64,000 bases of DNA from Eledone cirrhosa (taxonomy: Eukaryota). Numbering within the stretch: position 1 is the first letter of the stretch; each line of letters opens with the position of its first letter. The notes beneath the pieces are model-generated. The model did not search any database. It was not told where the DNA came from and saw nothing but the letters and a program-made list of their open reading frames with translations. The DNA lies in contig OZ024740.1 in the NCBI GenBank assembly GCA_964016885.1, forward strand, positions 93,620,001 through 93,684,000, given 5' to 3'. Shown here in pieces: positions 21,990-35,700 of the stretch. A program made the translations under genes and the position numbers.

Positions 21990-24043
21990 TGATTGTGTAT
22001 AGAAGATTATATTAATAAGAGGAATTCCAACTTTATCTGATTTACTCGTTTTATTTACAATCCTTTAAACTATATAATGGTATAATGAAATAGTATGATA
22101 GAATATTAAATTATAAGTGTTAATTGAACAAGTATTTTCATGCTTTCGCAATCTTCAGGTTCATAATATGTGGTGACAGTCGAGTTTGCAATTTTCAACT
22201 GTAATGAGATGGGTAAATTTCCTACCATTTATACATTTTATACAGAGAAAAGTGGCTCCAGAATGCTAAGCCCTGTAAACTGTAATTTGACCAATCAGTG
22301 TGTAGTTTCACTGAATTACTAAAGCTGATTGGTTTAAGCTTCACGGCTGGTTGAGCATGCTAACGACCAATGATCATATACAAAACATCAATTGTTTTGC
22401 TATTTTTAGAAATGATGAAAATAGCATTTTCTATTAATCATCACCATCAACATCACTTTTATTATTATTATTATTATTATTGTTGTTGTTGTTGTTAGTG
22501 GTCGTGGTCATAGTGGTAGTAGAAGTAATGCCCCTAAGCGTTATTATTGTTCGTCTAGCTTGGGTTTGAATTTATCAATAAAATTATTTTCTTTGATTTT
22601 TCTCTTGATTTCACTTGGGCTGTGTAATTTGTAGAATGGGAATATTATAAATATTCCCTGACCACATGTTGCCAGCTGGCCGCTTAGGGGTATCTGACGG
22701 ACATTTGGGTCTCTGATTTGTTGACGGTGTACCCGTGCACGTTCCGATAGTGCATTTCCAGTTTGACCGACATATAGTTCTTCACAATTCGGCCATTTAA
22801 TGCAGTAAATTAGATTTCTGCTTTTGCAGTTCATATTTGCATTTGGGAATATTTTTTCCAGTTTTTGTTTTCATATATTGACCGGCGTGTATGGATTGAC
22901 ATGTGCCGCATCGACTATCATTGCATTTAGATACAGTGAGTGATTGGTCTTTGTTGTTAAGGTCAAACTTTGCTTTTGTTAGTAATTGCTTCAAATTTTT
23001 TGGCTGTCTTTTACTAAGAGTCAAAGATCGATCTGTGATTAAGCCTTTTAATTCATTACTTTGAGCAATGATCGGAAGGTTTGCTTTGGCAGTGTTGAAG
23101 ATATTCTGGTGACATGGGTTGTGTATCATTATAAATGGTATGACCAGTTCTTGGTTTCTTCTTCATTGGGTTGTTCTAAGTTGTTGTATAGGTATTTTTA
23201 TAGCCGGCTGTATGCCATTTTCTATAAGTAGAGATGGGTATTTTTGTTTGAGCAAACATTCTCTTAGTTCTGTTAGGCGTTTGTACCTGGTATTCGTATC
23301 TTCTACAATGTTACAAATTCTTCTGGCTAGGCAGTATGGGATGTTGCGTTTTGTATGAGGTGGATGGCACGACTTAACATTCAGATATTGATGGGTGTCT
23401 GTGTGTTTATAATATATATCCGTGGTAATGGTGGTGTCGTTTTTGATTATCATTATATCTAGGAATGGTAATTTGGTCCTACTCATCTCTTTTGTGAATT
23501 GGAGAGATGGGTGTAGGTTATTCAGGAGGATATTGAACTCATCCAGAGTATCTAGAGATTCTGTCCAGATGATGAGACAGTCGTCAAGGCATCTCTTCCA
23601 AGATTTGTCAATGTACTTTCTAAAGTCAGTACTATATTTTTCCTCTATTTCTTGGTAGAGTTGTTGTTCTAAGTGTCCCATTACAGAGTTCGCGTAAACG
23701 GGAGCAAAGTTCGTTCCCATCGCTGTGCCTCTAATGTTGATGTAATGCTTTCCATTGAAGAAGAAAGTGTTGTTTTCCAGAATAAGTTTAACTGCGTTTA
23801 ATATAAATGGCGCTGTGAATCTAATGGGAATGACTTTTCTATGTTTTCCCACCCAGTATTTAACCGCCTTTATTCCTAAATCATGTGTAATGTTGGTGTA
23901 AAGGCTTACCACATCAAAACTGAGTAGAAGTGAATTCGTTTCCGTCGTTGAAGATGGGACAGGAAGTCGATATCATCCCGGATGAAACTGGGTATGTGAA
24001 TACATAGTGGTTTCAAAATAATGTCAACAAAATTGCTTAGACG
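21990..24043 (-). mobile_element. 5'-truncated, frameshifted PLE (RT + Cys linker + GIY-YIG + 3' UTR)
   Basis: ORFs 23163-23912 (VSLYTNI, RGTAMGTNFAP, RCLDDC), 22797-23129 (KCNDSRCGTC) and 22544-22834 (NLIYCIKW..YVGQTG..RARVHRQQI). Confidence 0.92.
22125..22163 (-). ncRNA. Minimal hammerhead lacking stem II, in a PLE 3' region
   Basis: TGAAC-CTGAAGA-TTGC-GAAA-GCAT-GAAA-ATAC-TT-GTTCA. Confidence 0.6.
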
Positions 24044-24099
24044 GTGGGGGGGCATGTTGGACTAGCTATAATAGGTCTAAGTTTTAAGTCTTTTGGGTG

Positions 24100-27000
24100 T
24101 AATAATTTAATGTACTCACTGTTTTGTTATATATATATATATATACACACATACACACACACACACATATATAGACACACACATACAAACACACACACAC
24201 ACATATATACACATACACACACACACACATATATAGACACACACATACAAACACACACACACACATATATACACATACACACACATATATATACACACAC
24301 ACATATATATACATACACATACATCCATATACATACATACATACACACACACACATACATACACATACATACATCCACATGCACACACATACACACACAC
24401 ATACACATACATATACCCACACACATAGATAAATGGCCTCCAAATATATATATATATACATACATACACATATATTTTTTCCATAATATAAGAAGTTAGA
24501 ACAGTGAAATTAAAATACAAGTCATTCTGATCACATTGAGTTCTTCATGTAGATTGGGCCCCGCAACCCACAGTGGTGAATTCTGTGTGCGCATATATAT
24601 ATAGATATATGTGTGTGCACGTGCAGGGTTTAACATGGATAAGTTGGTCACACAAAGGCATGGTCTGTCAACGAATAAACCTGATTCTACAGAATTGGTC
24701 TCTGGTCTTTAATAGTAGTGATAATGATATACATGCACACATACACACACATATATGTCACTCCGTGCGTATGTGTGTTTATATTTTATGACAATTCTAT
24801 TGGGGTGATAACCCGTTTAGTTTTGGTTTAAATTTGTTAAGGAATAGATTTTCTTTATTTATTCTTTGTTGCTGTGTGAACGAATCTGAGCACTTGTAGA
24901 AGGGGAAGATTTTAAAGTTGGGTAGTGTCATTTCTGCGCAGTTCGCAATATGGCTGCTCAAGGGGATTTTTCTTTTGTTAGCGTCCCGGATTTGTTGGCG
25001 GTGGATGGTCATTATTTTGCGTAATGAGGTGCCCGTCTGTCCTATGTAGTTGTGTTTGCACCCACCGCAAGTTATTGCGTAAATCAAGTTCTCCGAGTTG
25101 CAGGTGAAATTGTTTTTTACTGTAAATGTTTGGCCATCTTTGAATGTAAATGTTTGTCCTTCAGTGAGGTAGAGGCACGTTCCACAGTTTGTTCTACCAT
25201 GTGTGTATGTATATGTGTATATGCGTGTGTTTGTGTATGTGTGTGTGTGCATGTGTGTTTATCTACTTTTATATTTATTCTGCTTCCTTTCCTTCTCCCT
25301 TTTCCATCTCACTTTCATATAGATAATATTTTGCCGAGGGAACAACCCTACAAAATGTAATCAAATCGTGGAAACAGGACTGCGAGAATGCAGAAATTAT
25401 TTCCCTTAAACGGTGGGAAAAATCCGAAAACTGGTTCCTCAAATATGAAGAAGACTTTAAAAGGATGCACCAAAGAGGTAACCCCTTTATAAAGCATTTG
25501 AACATAACAAGAACTACAACAGACACATTTACACCACCAAACCCAACACACACTAACCACAGGCACATCCCCCACCAACACAAACCAAATACGGCCAACT
25601 ACACCAAAAGAAACACACCCAACCACCACAACACAGGTTTCCGTAGAAATGCCCCCCTACATATACCAACGACGAAATAACATAGATCCAACTCACAACA
25701 CACACACATCACACTCCCCAGAAGAAATCTACCCAGACCACTTGAAATCACAACCGAACTTACCCACAACCACACCAGACATCCCCCTCAATCCAACAAA
25801 AGACAACCCCCCAACCTCAACACTCTGTACCACATAAATAACGCACCCAGACCACATGAACCAACAAAAGAACCCTTGCTCATCAACAACCACAAGACAT
25901 ACCACCCCCACCATCACATTCACCCTCATGAAACAACAAGCTCCAGACCCACACGCAACAGACCAACAAAATATAATCACACACATAACTACATTCCTTT
26001 TTTAGGGAAAAGCCTGAAATACCAGGATACTCGATGGCCCCCCCCTCAGTAGAAACCAAAAATAATCAACCTCTCAAAGACACCTCTAACCAACACACAA
26101 ATCAATATTTTAAGTAAGGGCCTGAAATTTACACCTACACCACGTAAACCAAACTTCCCCGAAATGATGGATGACATCATGGAATACTGCTGAAAGCTGC
26201 GACTAACGGAATTCTTCCACAACGACACCAACACTGAAGACGAATCACTGGTTAGAAATAAAAGCAATTTCTGCCCACAAAAGGGAAGAAATAAAGCACT
26301 GGACACGTACTGCGACCACATCACCAACTTTCCCTAGGAAAAAATTACAAATAAACACACGAAATCAAACTTATCTACACACGAATGGGAAGAATTATTC
26401 ACACTTAGAAACAACCCTGAGATAACTATCAAAGAAGCCGATAAAGGCAGTACTGTTGTCATTATGAATACAGACTACTATAGGACCCTCGCACTTAACA
26501 TTTTAGAAAACAACACATACTATGAAAAAACAGAAAACTACAAACACACCAAAACAATGGGGAACCTTTTGACCTTACTGAATAAATACCGCAACAGCTT
26601 AACCACAAAAGAGTTGGTTGAGGTGTCACATGCATCGTTTATGGGTTTATATTTGTGGAGTTTCGATAAGCCGTAAAAGAAGCTTGTATTGCATTTGAAG
26701 TGGCTTATATAGTTAAACACTTTTGTGGTTAAGCTGTTGCGGTATTTATACTTAAAGATGTAAACATGAAGTCTATTCTTGAAACACACAAGATCCTTAA
26801 AAGTAAAAGACAACCCAAATCACTAAAACGCATTCTCACTGGACCAAATATACCCAAACCAATCCTCAACCCTACAGTTACCAAATCTGGTAGAACAAAC
26901 TGTGGAACGTGCCTCTACCTCACTGAAGGACAACAAAATTACATTTAAAGATGGCCAAACATTTACAGTATAAAACAATTTCACCTGCAACTCGGAGAAC

Positions 27001-27937
27001 TTGATTTACGCAATAACTTGCGGTTGGTGCAAACACAACTACATACGACAGACGGGCACCTCATTACGAAAAAGAATGACCATCCACCGCCAACAAATCC
27101 GAGACGCTAACACAAGAAAAATCCCCTTGAGCAGCCATATTGCGAGCAGCCATATTGCTAACTGCGCAGGAATGACACTACCCAACTTTAAAATCTTCCC
27201 CGTTCACACAGCAACAAAGAATAAACAAAGAAAATCTATTCCTTAACAAATTTAAACCAAAACTAAACGGGTTATCACCCCAATAGAATTGTCATAAAAT
27301 ATAAACACACATACGCACGGAGTGACATATATGTGTGTGTATGTGTGCATGTATATAATTATCACTACTATTAAAGACCAGAGACCAATTCTGTAGAATC
27401 AGGTTTATTCGTTGACAGACCATGCCTTTGTGTGACCAACACATCCATGTTAAACCCTGCACGTGCACACACATATATCTATATATATATGCGCACATAT
27501 AATTCACCACTGTGGGTTGCGGGGCCCAATCTACATGAAGACCTCAATGTGATCAAAATGACTTGTATTTTAATTTCACTGTTCTAACTTCTTATATTAT
27601 GGAAAAAATATATGTGTGTGTATGTATATATATATATATATTTGGAGGCCATTTCTCTATGTGTGTGGGGATATGTATGCGTATGGGTGTGTGTGTATGT
27701 GTCTGCATGTGGATGTATGTATGTGTATGTATGTATGTGTGTGTGTGTGTGTATGTATGTGTGTATCTGGATGCATGTGTATGTATAGATATGTGTGTGT
27801 GTGTGTAGGTATGTGTGAATCTGGATGTATGTGTATGTATATATATGTGTGTGTGTATATATATATGTGTGTGTATGTGTATATATGTGTGTGTGTGTGT
27901 GCATGTGTGTATGTATATGTATGTGTGGGTGTATGTA

Positions 27938-27978
<41 letters not shown>

Positions 27979-27980
27979 GT
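24100..27980 (+). mobile_element. Internally deleted PLE with an inverted copy of its 3' end (24100-25200 is the reverse complement of ~26875-27980)
   Basis: N-terminal motifs KIINLSKTPLTNTQINILSKGLKFTPTP and IKEADKGSTVVIMN. The GIY-YIG NLIYAITC..YIGQTG occurs on both strands. The RT core is missing at the ~26612-26755 inversion/deletion. Confidence 0.88.
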
Positions 27981-28323
27981 ATATGTATGTGTGTGTGGTT
28001 GAGGGTATGTGTGTATATATAGGTGTAAGTGCACTACATCCCGCCCTTTCTATCACTCTCCGCTCTCCTACCGACCACATGGAGATATAACTATGTATAT
28101 TGCTACCTCACTGACCAGCAGCTGGCCATCTGGCCATTGCTGAATGAAAAAGAGCCACTCCCCACAAATAATTCCTCATTCGCTGCCAGAAGGGGACACA
28201 CAACAGTCAGCTTGCTGCTACCAAGATGAAAACTACTATGAAATCCCACACTGAATTTTATACTTGAATTTTCAAATCTCAAATTTTAACTCTTCTTATT
28301 ATTAATTTTTCTTAATATTAATC

Positions 28324-28371
28324 AACATTTGAAAAGATGGCTTTTGCAGACCCATCGAAACCGGTCATTTT
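28324..28371 (+). ncRNA. Type I hammerhead with a compensatory U3-A8 core
   Basis: AACAT-TTGAAAA-GATGG-cttttgcagac-CCATC-GAAAC-CG-GTC-ATTTT. Confidence 0.7.
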
Positions 28372-28475
28372 TCATACCCTTTATTCTTTCCTTACCTTAT
28401 AAAATTATATATGTTTTTTCACAAAAAAGTATTCTGTCTCTTATATATTCCATGTGCCATTACCAACCTCAATTT

Positions 28476-28507
<32 letters not shown>

Positions 28508-28688
28508 CATTTATATATGTAAGAGTATATGTGAGATTGTGTGTGTCTACACACGTGTAGAGGGGAATTATATGTAAATATATATACATATTTACATATA
28601 AATGTATATGTGTGTGAATATCCATATGGGTATATGTCCGTGTGGGCGTGTGTGTATGCATATGTATATATGTATGTGTATATATGTG

Positions 28689-28773
<85 letters not shown>

Positions 28774-28891
28774 GTGCGTGTATATATATTTATATGTACG
28801 GGTGTGTATGCGTGCGCTTGTGTATGTATATATACAGCTAATTGTGCGTGTATATATATGTGTGTGTGTATACACGTGCATATATACATGT

Positions 28892-28971
<80 letters not shown>

Positions 28972-29347
28972 CTCTCTGCGTGTGCATGTATGTGTATATA
29001 TGTGACATTTTATGCGTGTTTATGTATATGCGTATATGTTTCTTTGGTACATGTTTGGACGAAAGCATGCGAGCCACCCTATGTGTTTCTGCCCGTGTCT
29101 ATGTGCATATGGGTGTGCGTGCATGTTTGAATGAGAACAGGCAATCACAGCAGTAATTTTGACGAAGAGAATCAGAGTGAGTGTCAGCTCATGCCTCGAT
29201 TGTCTGTGGGTTGCTTCCAGTGGTCAGAATTATGATGATTAACTAACCAGTGACCAATCCAAGGACGCGTAAACAGGATGAAGGTGGACGATATCGACCC
29301 GTACGGTCGTAACCGTAGAAAGAGGATCTGCTCCGAAATCAATAGAC

Positions 29348-29434
29348 GTGTCTGAGGAACCTGCGAATCCAGAGTCAGGTTGATCCACAGACAGATCGCT
29401 CCTCGAGCTATTCGCAGGGAAACAATTGTAACAC
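29348..29434 (+). ncRNA. Type I hammerhead with extended stem II
   Basis: GTGT-CTGAGGA-a-CCTGCGAAT-(41 nt)-ATTCGCAGG-GAAAC-AATT-GTA-ACAC. Confidence 0.8.
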
Positions 29435-29599
29435 ACAATAAATTTGTATCACTGATTTTTCGTTTTCCATTCTATCATAATCTGCTCCCTAGGAGCATAG
29501 AGAGCTCAACCGGCATACCGCCTATGGACGCATTTTAGGTACCATAATATATATATATATATGCTCTTTTACTCTTTCATCTGCTCCAGCCATCCGGCT

Positions 29600-32500
29600 A
29601 AGGCCATGCTGGGGCACTGCCCTTGTTTCTACACATTTTGTCTCCAGACTCTATTGGTTGGCCACTGGTACAATAGGGAGTTCGTTGCAGCTGCCTTAGG
29701 TTTTCCCCGTATCTTACTGTGGGCTATATCCGGGTTCATAGATAGCATGGTTTCGAGATGTTTCTTGAAAAAACATCCACGTCCACACCACGCAGATCTC
29801 TCAGATCCCTCGGCAGCTTCTTGAAGAGTTGAGGGCCCTTGAACCCCTGGCTATTGTAATATGTGCTCCTTATTCTAGATGTGGAAGACGAGTATTTTGG
29901 CACCACACAGGGACGTACTGTTCGGGTTTGGTCCAGCTCCCAATGCCAAAGTTTCGAGCTAGTCCTTCCAAGATTTCCCACATGTATATCGGTGCGTATC
30001 TCTCCCGTCTTCGTTCCAAGGTGTAGAGGTTCATTTCATTTAGCCTTTCCCAGTAGTTTATCCCCTTCATCGTCGCAATCCTCTTGGTGTAGACTCGCTG
30101 GATTGCCTGAAGCTCCGTGGTTAGTTTGACACTATGGGGTGACCACAGCTGGGAGCAATAGTCCAGGTGGCTTGGGACAAATATGCTCCATAGTATCAAC
30201 GTGGTCTCTCGCTCTCTTGTCCAGAAAGTCCTCAAGATCCAGCCAGCGAGTCGTCTGCAACATTGTCACCACTTTCATTATGTGTGAGGAAAAATATGCA
30301 TCGTCTCTCAATGTCTACACCCAGGTCTCGTATCGATTTCGACACGAGAATTTGGGTCCATGCTAATCCAATGTAACTGTGTTGTACTGTATTTGAGTTT
30401 GCAGGTTTTTATTGTAAGGCTTGAAATCTTCCAGCATTAAACTGCATGTTATTGTGTTCCACCAATTTGTATATGGCATTCAGATCTTGTTGTAAAAGGG
30501 CAGCGTCAGCCGGGTTATTGATTGCCTGTGCTACCTTAGTGTGATCAGCACAGCTAGTGAGGGATGTTGTATGTTCTACAGAAGGCATGTTTCAGAGAGC
30601 CAACAAAGACAGTAGTGGTCCCAGTACTGTGCCTTGCGGCACCGCACTTGTTATTGATGTTTCCGTTGAGAGGGCTCGGTTGTCTGCAACTGTCTGGCTT
30701 CTGCCCTTTAAGAAGTCATGCAGTCACTCACCTACATTTCCAGTTATGCCGAGTCTGTGCAATTTGTGACATATTATTCCGTGATCGACCTTTTCAAAGG
30801 CCTTCGCAAAGTCGAGATATATCACGTCCTCATGGGCGCTGTCTAGCAGTTGTTTCTGTACCCGGTCTTAATGATGTAGCAGCTGTGTAAAGCAGCCTCT
30901 CCCTGGGTGAAAGCAATGTTGGATGCTAGTCAGGCGGTTATTTTCCTTGAGGAAATTCATCAGTTTCTTTTTGATGATTCGCTCTATGATCTTACAGATA
31001 TGTCTCGTCAGGGAGACTGGCCTATAATTGTTGGCCTCCGCTCTGCTACCTCCTTTATGGATTGTGCATATTGTGCCTTCATTCAGCGCCCTGTGTAGTC
31101 TACTGCCAGCCGAGTAGCTTCTGAAGAGCGTTGTCAGTGGAGTTGCTAAGGCCCGTTTACATGTTTTCAAGAGGACTGCTGGGAATCCATCAGGTCTAGT
31201 AGCTGAGTCTGTTCTAATTTCTTCTATGGGGCATACCACATCCTCCTCTGTTATGTCTATGCGGTTGATGGTCACAATTTCTGGCTTTGTTATTTGCATG
31301 AGCATCTATGGACATGTGAAGACACGTTTGTATTGTACGTTCAGTATTTCACCTATATCTTGGGGATTCTCGGTTAATTAACCGTCTTTATAGAATGTGG
31401 CCCAATCTTGCATTGTACCGAGGCAAACACTTTTGCAAATTCAAAGAAGGCCTTAGGGTTAGTTTTAATATTTTCTATGGCCCTGCTTTCTTCCCTCGCC
31501 CTCTCAATTTCATGGGAAAATCTAAGTGCAACATCGATGTCAAGTAGTGCACGTTTCTTCTTGTCTTTATATTTTGTTCTGCATTCAACTGTTTTGAGAG
31601 CTTAGTTTTTCATCACATAAGGATTTTCCTATCTCTGGGAATCAGATTTTTGTGTCTGATGTTCTTTTTCTCCGGGAGAAATTTTGGTATATAGTTTGTG
31701 TCGTTGTCATGAAGTGTTGAATATGTGTGTTGGTGTATTGTGTGGCGATGTTGAGGCTCCATATTTTCTTCCGGATTTCTCTCTTCATCCCTTTCCAGTT
31801 AGCCTTGTAGAAGTTAAGGCTGCATAAATTCCCGGTGATTCTTGTTGGTTGTGTCTCTGTTGATTCTCTCGGATCACATACCATTAGTTCTACTAAGTTA
31901 TGATCCGAAAAATAGTTGCTGTCACCTTGTGGACGAGCACAGCGGTGTTTGTAAAACAGAGATCTAGGACATTCTCGCCTCTTGTTGGGAGAAGTACTGC
32001 TTGTTCCATGAACAGCCTGTGTGTGAGGGCCAGCATGGACTCCGTCTGTCTCTGTTCTAGTGATGCCAGTCAAGGTAGGAAGTGGCTGGCCCTCACGCTA
32101 TTTGACCTTCGGCAGGTTGAATTCTCCCAGCAGTAGAATGCTGAGACCCTGGTCCAGTTTGTCAAGGACCTCTTCTATGCAACTGGGGCATCCTCAATTT
32201 TACCCTCTGACATTCAGCAGCAGCACTGGTGTGACATTTGGGGCATCAGCCACGCCTGTCGGTGTGACATCTGTCCTACTGTCAACAGCGGCAACTCTGG
32301 GTCCCTTAATTGTGGTGGTTTCGAGTGCTGGTGTGAGTGATCCTGGTTCTGAAAACGATGTAGCCAAGTCAGCTGTCCCACAATCTTCTCTGCCATCAGA
32401 AAATATGTTTTTTGCTCTGCTGCCGCCATCTGTATCTCGTCGGCATATGAGTGCCTTCTCCTTGTTGGAGCGACACGCGCGACATCATAATACTTCTTAG

Positions 32501-33100
32501 GCAGCTTGCATCGGTTCTGGCTTTGGCTGTGGCATGCTGTATGAGTAGGTTGGGCACCGTACGCTTGGCGCCTGGGGTGAGCGGATCTGAAGCCTGTCCT
32601 TGTTTCTCCATGCCAACAGGTCCCGTTTCTGAAGAACTTGCACGCTACTTGGGTTTTCTTGCTCCCAGTGTCTCGGTGCCTTTCAGTTCTTCCTTTGGAC
32701 AGTTGTCCACGTTGTCCACAGGCCTCCTCTCTGCTAGGTTATCTTTCGGATGGTGATTCCGTTCTCACATTTACTGTTTGCCTGTTGGTTGCCTGTTGGT
32801 TGCCCTTGACTGTGGCGGCGGGTATTTCATTTTATTTCAGGTTCGTGCTTGTGCTTTCTTCCTTTCCATTTTCTTTCTCCCCGTTTTTTTCTTCCTTGAG
32901 GACACAGCTTAGCTTGGCCATAGGTGGCGCTATGAGGACATAGGCCGTCTCAATTTCTCTTCTTTTTCTGTCTATCCGCACCAAAGTACTCATAAAACCA
33001 TGGTTCTTCCGAGTATCCGCAATATTTCTGCTTGGTGGTGACCCATTAACCAGGATTCATCCCTTCATCAAAACCTCTATTTCCATCTTTTACCAGTTTC
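29600..33100 (-). mobile_element. Decayed non-LTR retrotransposon (CR1/L2-group LINE): ORF1 remnant, apurinic-endonuclease C-terminus and RT
   Basis: Fragments include FSDHNLVE (endonuclease), PDGFPAVLLK..NYRPVSLTRHICKIIERII, HLDYCSQLWSP, YWERLNEMNLYTLERRRERY and GPQLFKKLPRDLR, with many frameshifts. Confidence 0.88.
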
Positions 33101-33129
33101 GCTGGCTTTTAATTTCATTTTACAACAGT

Positions 33130-33241
<112 letters not shown>

Positions 33242-33535
33242 AATATATATGTTAAGAATATGAATATCTTCATTGGACTTGTAACATTAAGTTCACATGA
33301 GGATATGTCACTATGTTAACAGAAACTAAATATTATATTTTATGAGACGAAGGCGTACTTAAATATTAGTACACTTGAAATATGTAAAATAGATTTAACA
33401 TGGTTTTATAAAGATATTTTACATTTATTATTATTCTCAATATTAATGGCACTCCAGATAGAGGGCTTCTACACTGTACATTAACTTTCTTGAATAATCA
33501 ACAGACCATATAGCTCATGTTTTAAACATACATAC

Positions 33536-33599
<64 letters not shown>

Positions 33600-33607
<8 letters not shown>

Positions 33608-34080
33608 ATACTTGGGGAGGGTCATATTTGTGTAATATTGCCAGAATTAATAACAGAACAGACTCACTGTTTGGTTGGTTTTCGCTTTTCGCTTGTGTGT
33701 CTTTTATATCGGTAATCTATTATAATATAATATACTCGGTCCTCAATGTTGCCATTGACTGACCGACGGTCAAAAATAATACAGATACAATATAGACACA
33801 AACACATATATATAGTTTATCATAAATCTTTCGTTGCACATCTACAACATCGACAGTGGCTCTATTGTTTCCTCCTGTTGAATTGTATGGCTATGCCATT
33901 TTTATTCAGTCTATTTATATATTTATTTTATTTATTTGCTTGTTTGTTTATTTTATTTTGTCTTATTTGCGCATGCGTTTGCGTGTGTGTATAGTGTTTT
34001 GTTTGATGTGTGATGTGTGTTCGTGATTGGGTGACTAATGTGTGTTTATGTGTTTGTTGTTATTGAGCTTGTGTATGTAT

Positions 34081-34111
<31 letters not shown>

Positions 34112-34140
34112 TCTTATTTTATTTTATTTTATTTATTTAT
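33600..34140 (-). repeat. Solo pLTR of the 47.6-kb PLE family
   Basis: It matches the reverse complement of 51240-51760 and ends at ATGACCCTCCCCAAGTATAACAATA next to (TA)n. Confidence 0.9.
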
Positions 34141-34214
34141 ATGTGTTTATATATGTGTGGTGGGAGGGTGTATATGCGTGTGTGCGTGTTTGTTCCTTAT
34201 CAGACCTCCTTCGT

Positions 34215-34245
<31 letters not shown>

Positions 34246-34879
34246 GTATATATATATATTTATATACACATATATTTTTACACATATGTACATACATACA
34301 CACACATATACTGACCCATGCATACACACACGTACATATACGTGCCCGTACATATGCAGTCAGTCAGGCCTACTCATATATACACACAGACGCATCCACA
34401 CACACGCACACACACACACACGCGTAAACACACACACACATATATATATACTCACTCACACACATACACACATCTACACACACACGTACGCACACATATG
34501 AACATAAACTGCACCAACATATTTGGAAAGTGCATAGAAGCATGCATATGATGCTGTACATATAAAACAAAGTATATAAAAAATACACATGACGTTGTAC
34601 ATGAAAACATGCAGGAAGTGTTACATAATGGAATACGTAGAGAAACCACACACACTGGCTACTGTGACGGCGGAGTTTAAGATAAATTACAGAGTCAAAT
34701 GTGCAGCATTGAGTGCGTCGACTTGCCCCACATGGCATACATAGTCTGCAAGGTACACTGTCAAATCCCATGGACCCACGCTGCCACTCCGACTGACGTT
34801 TGCTTCCCAGTATGATTATATTTGGGGCCATCCTGACGTACCCAGGAGTGTGCACCTTCGCTGGTGTCTATATGATATG

Positions 34880-35700
34880 ATGATCTCCAATTTCAGGTCG
34901 AGTGCGTCATCCTTTTATCTCACTATCTCCATGGCTTCGAAAAGGACAGCTTGCACTTCCTCTCGCCGACCGAATATGCACTGGCACGTTGAACGATACT
35001 CCAGTTGAGATCATAAGTGTTGCCGCTGTCTTCCAAGTCCCATATCAGGTCTGCCAGCCTAGTGGAGTGACTCTTGCTCCGGTCCTTGAAAGTGTTCTTG
35101 TGATTACACATCCTCGATTTAAAGGTCGTGGATGCATCACCGATATAGGTGCGGTTGGTATTGTGCGTATTACCCACACATTTATATACGACTCCCTTCG
35201 TTAGCCATCTACCCTACAGAGGGCATTGTGTGCTGATTCGGCAGTTGCAAGTTCGGTCTGTATGCTATTCAGTCCTTACGTGGGGTCCTGGCCTTATTGC
35301 GGCGTTCTCCCGTTTGTCTATGTGTTGATCTGCCGGTGCGGTGGGCTGCTTTCAGACTTTCGGTGCCACCTGGCAGTCGAGTACTGCGTGTTCTGGGGGT
35401 TGGTCGGCTACTTTTGAGACCGGGCCATAGTTGGTGAGCCCGCCTTCATGTGGTCCTCCCGGCCCCACGGCATCGTCGGTCGCGTGCCGTAGTTAGTGCT
35501 CAAATTTGCCCAACTTCACAGAGTAGATGTTGACCATATAATTTGCCATGTTAGGTGCGGTGGAGAATGAGAACTTCACCGTGTGGTGATTGAATATCCT
35601 GTGGTACCTGCTCGATGGCGGGAAATACTCGTCCAATGCTGTGAAGAAGAGGTGTGGTACATTGGTGCATACATGCTTTGAATACGGCGCGTTAAACCAC
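34880..35700 (-). mobile_element. PLE thumb/GIY-YIG fragments
   Basis: WFNAPYSKHVCTNV..YHRIFNHHTVKFSFSTAPNM and TYIGDASTTFKSRMCNHK..LADLIWDL. Confidence 0.8.

Noticed and set aside
26185-26205. In-frame TGA in a PLE frame (EYC*KLRL), considered as possible selenocysteine recoding as reported for some Naiad PLEs
   Set aside because: The position is normally Arg (RKLRL), so it is probably a CGA>TGA CpG mutation. The copy has other stops and deletions.
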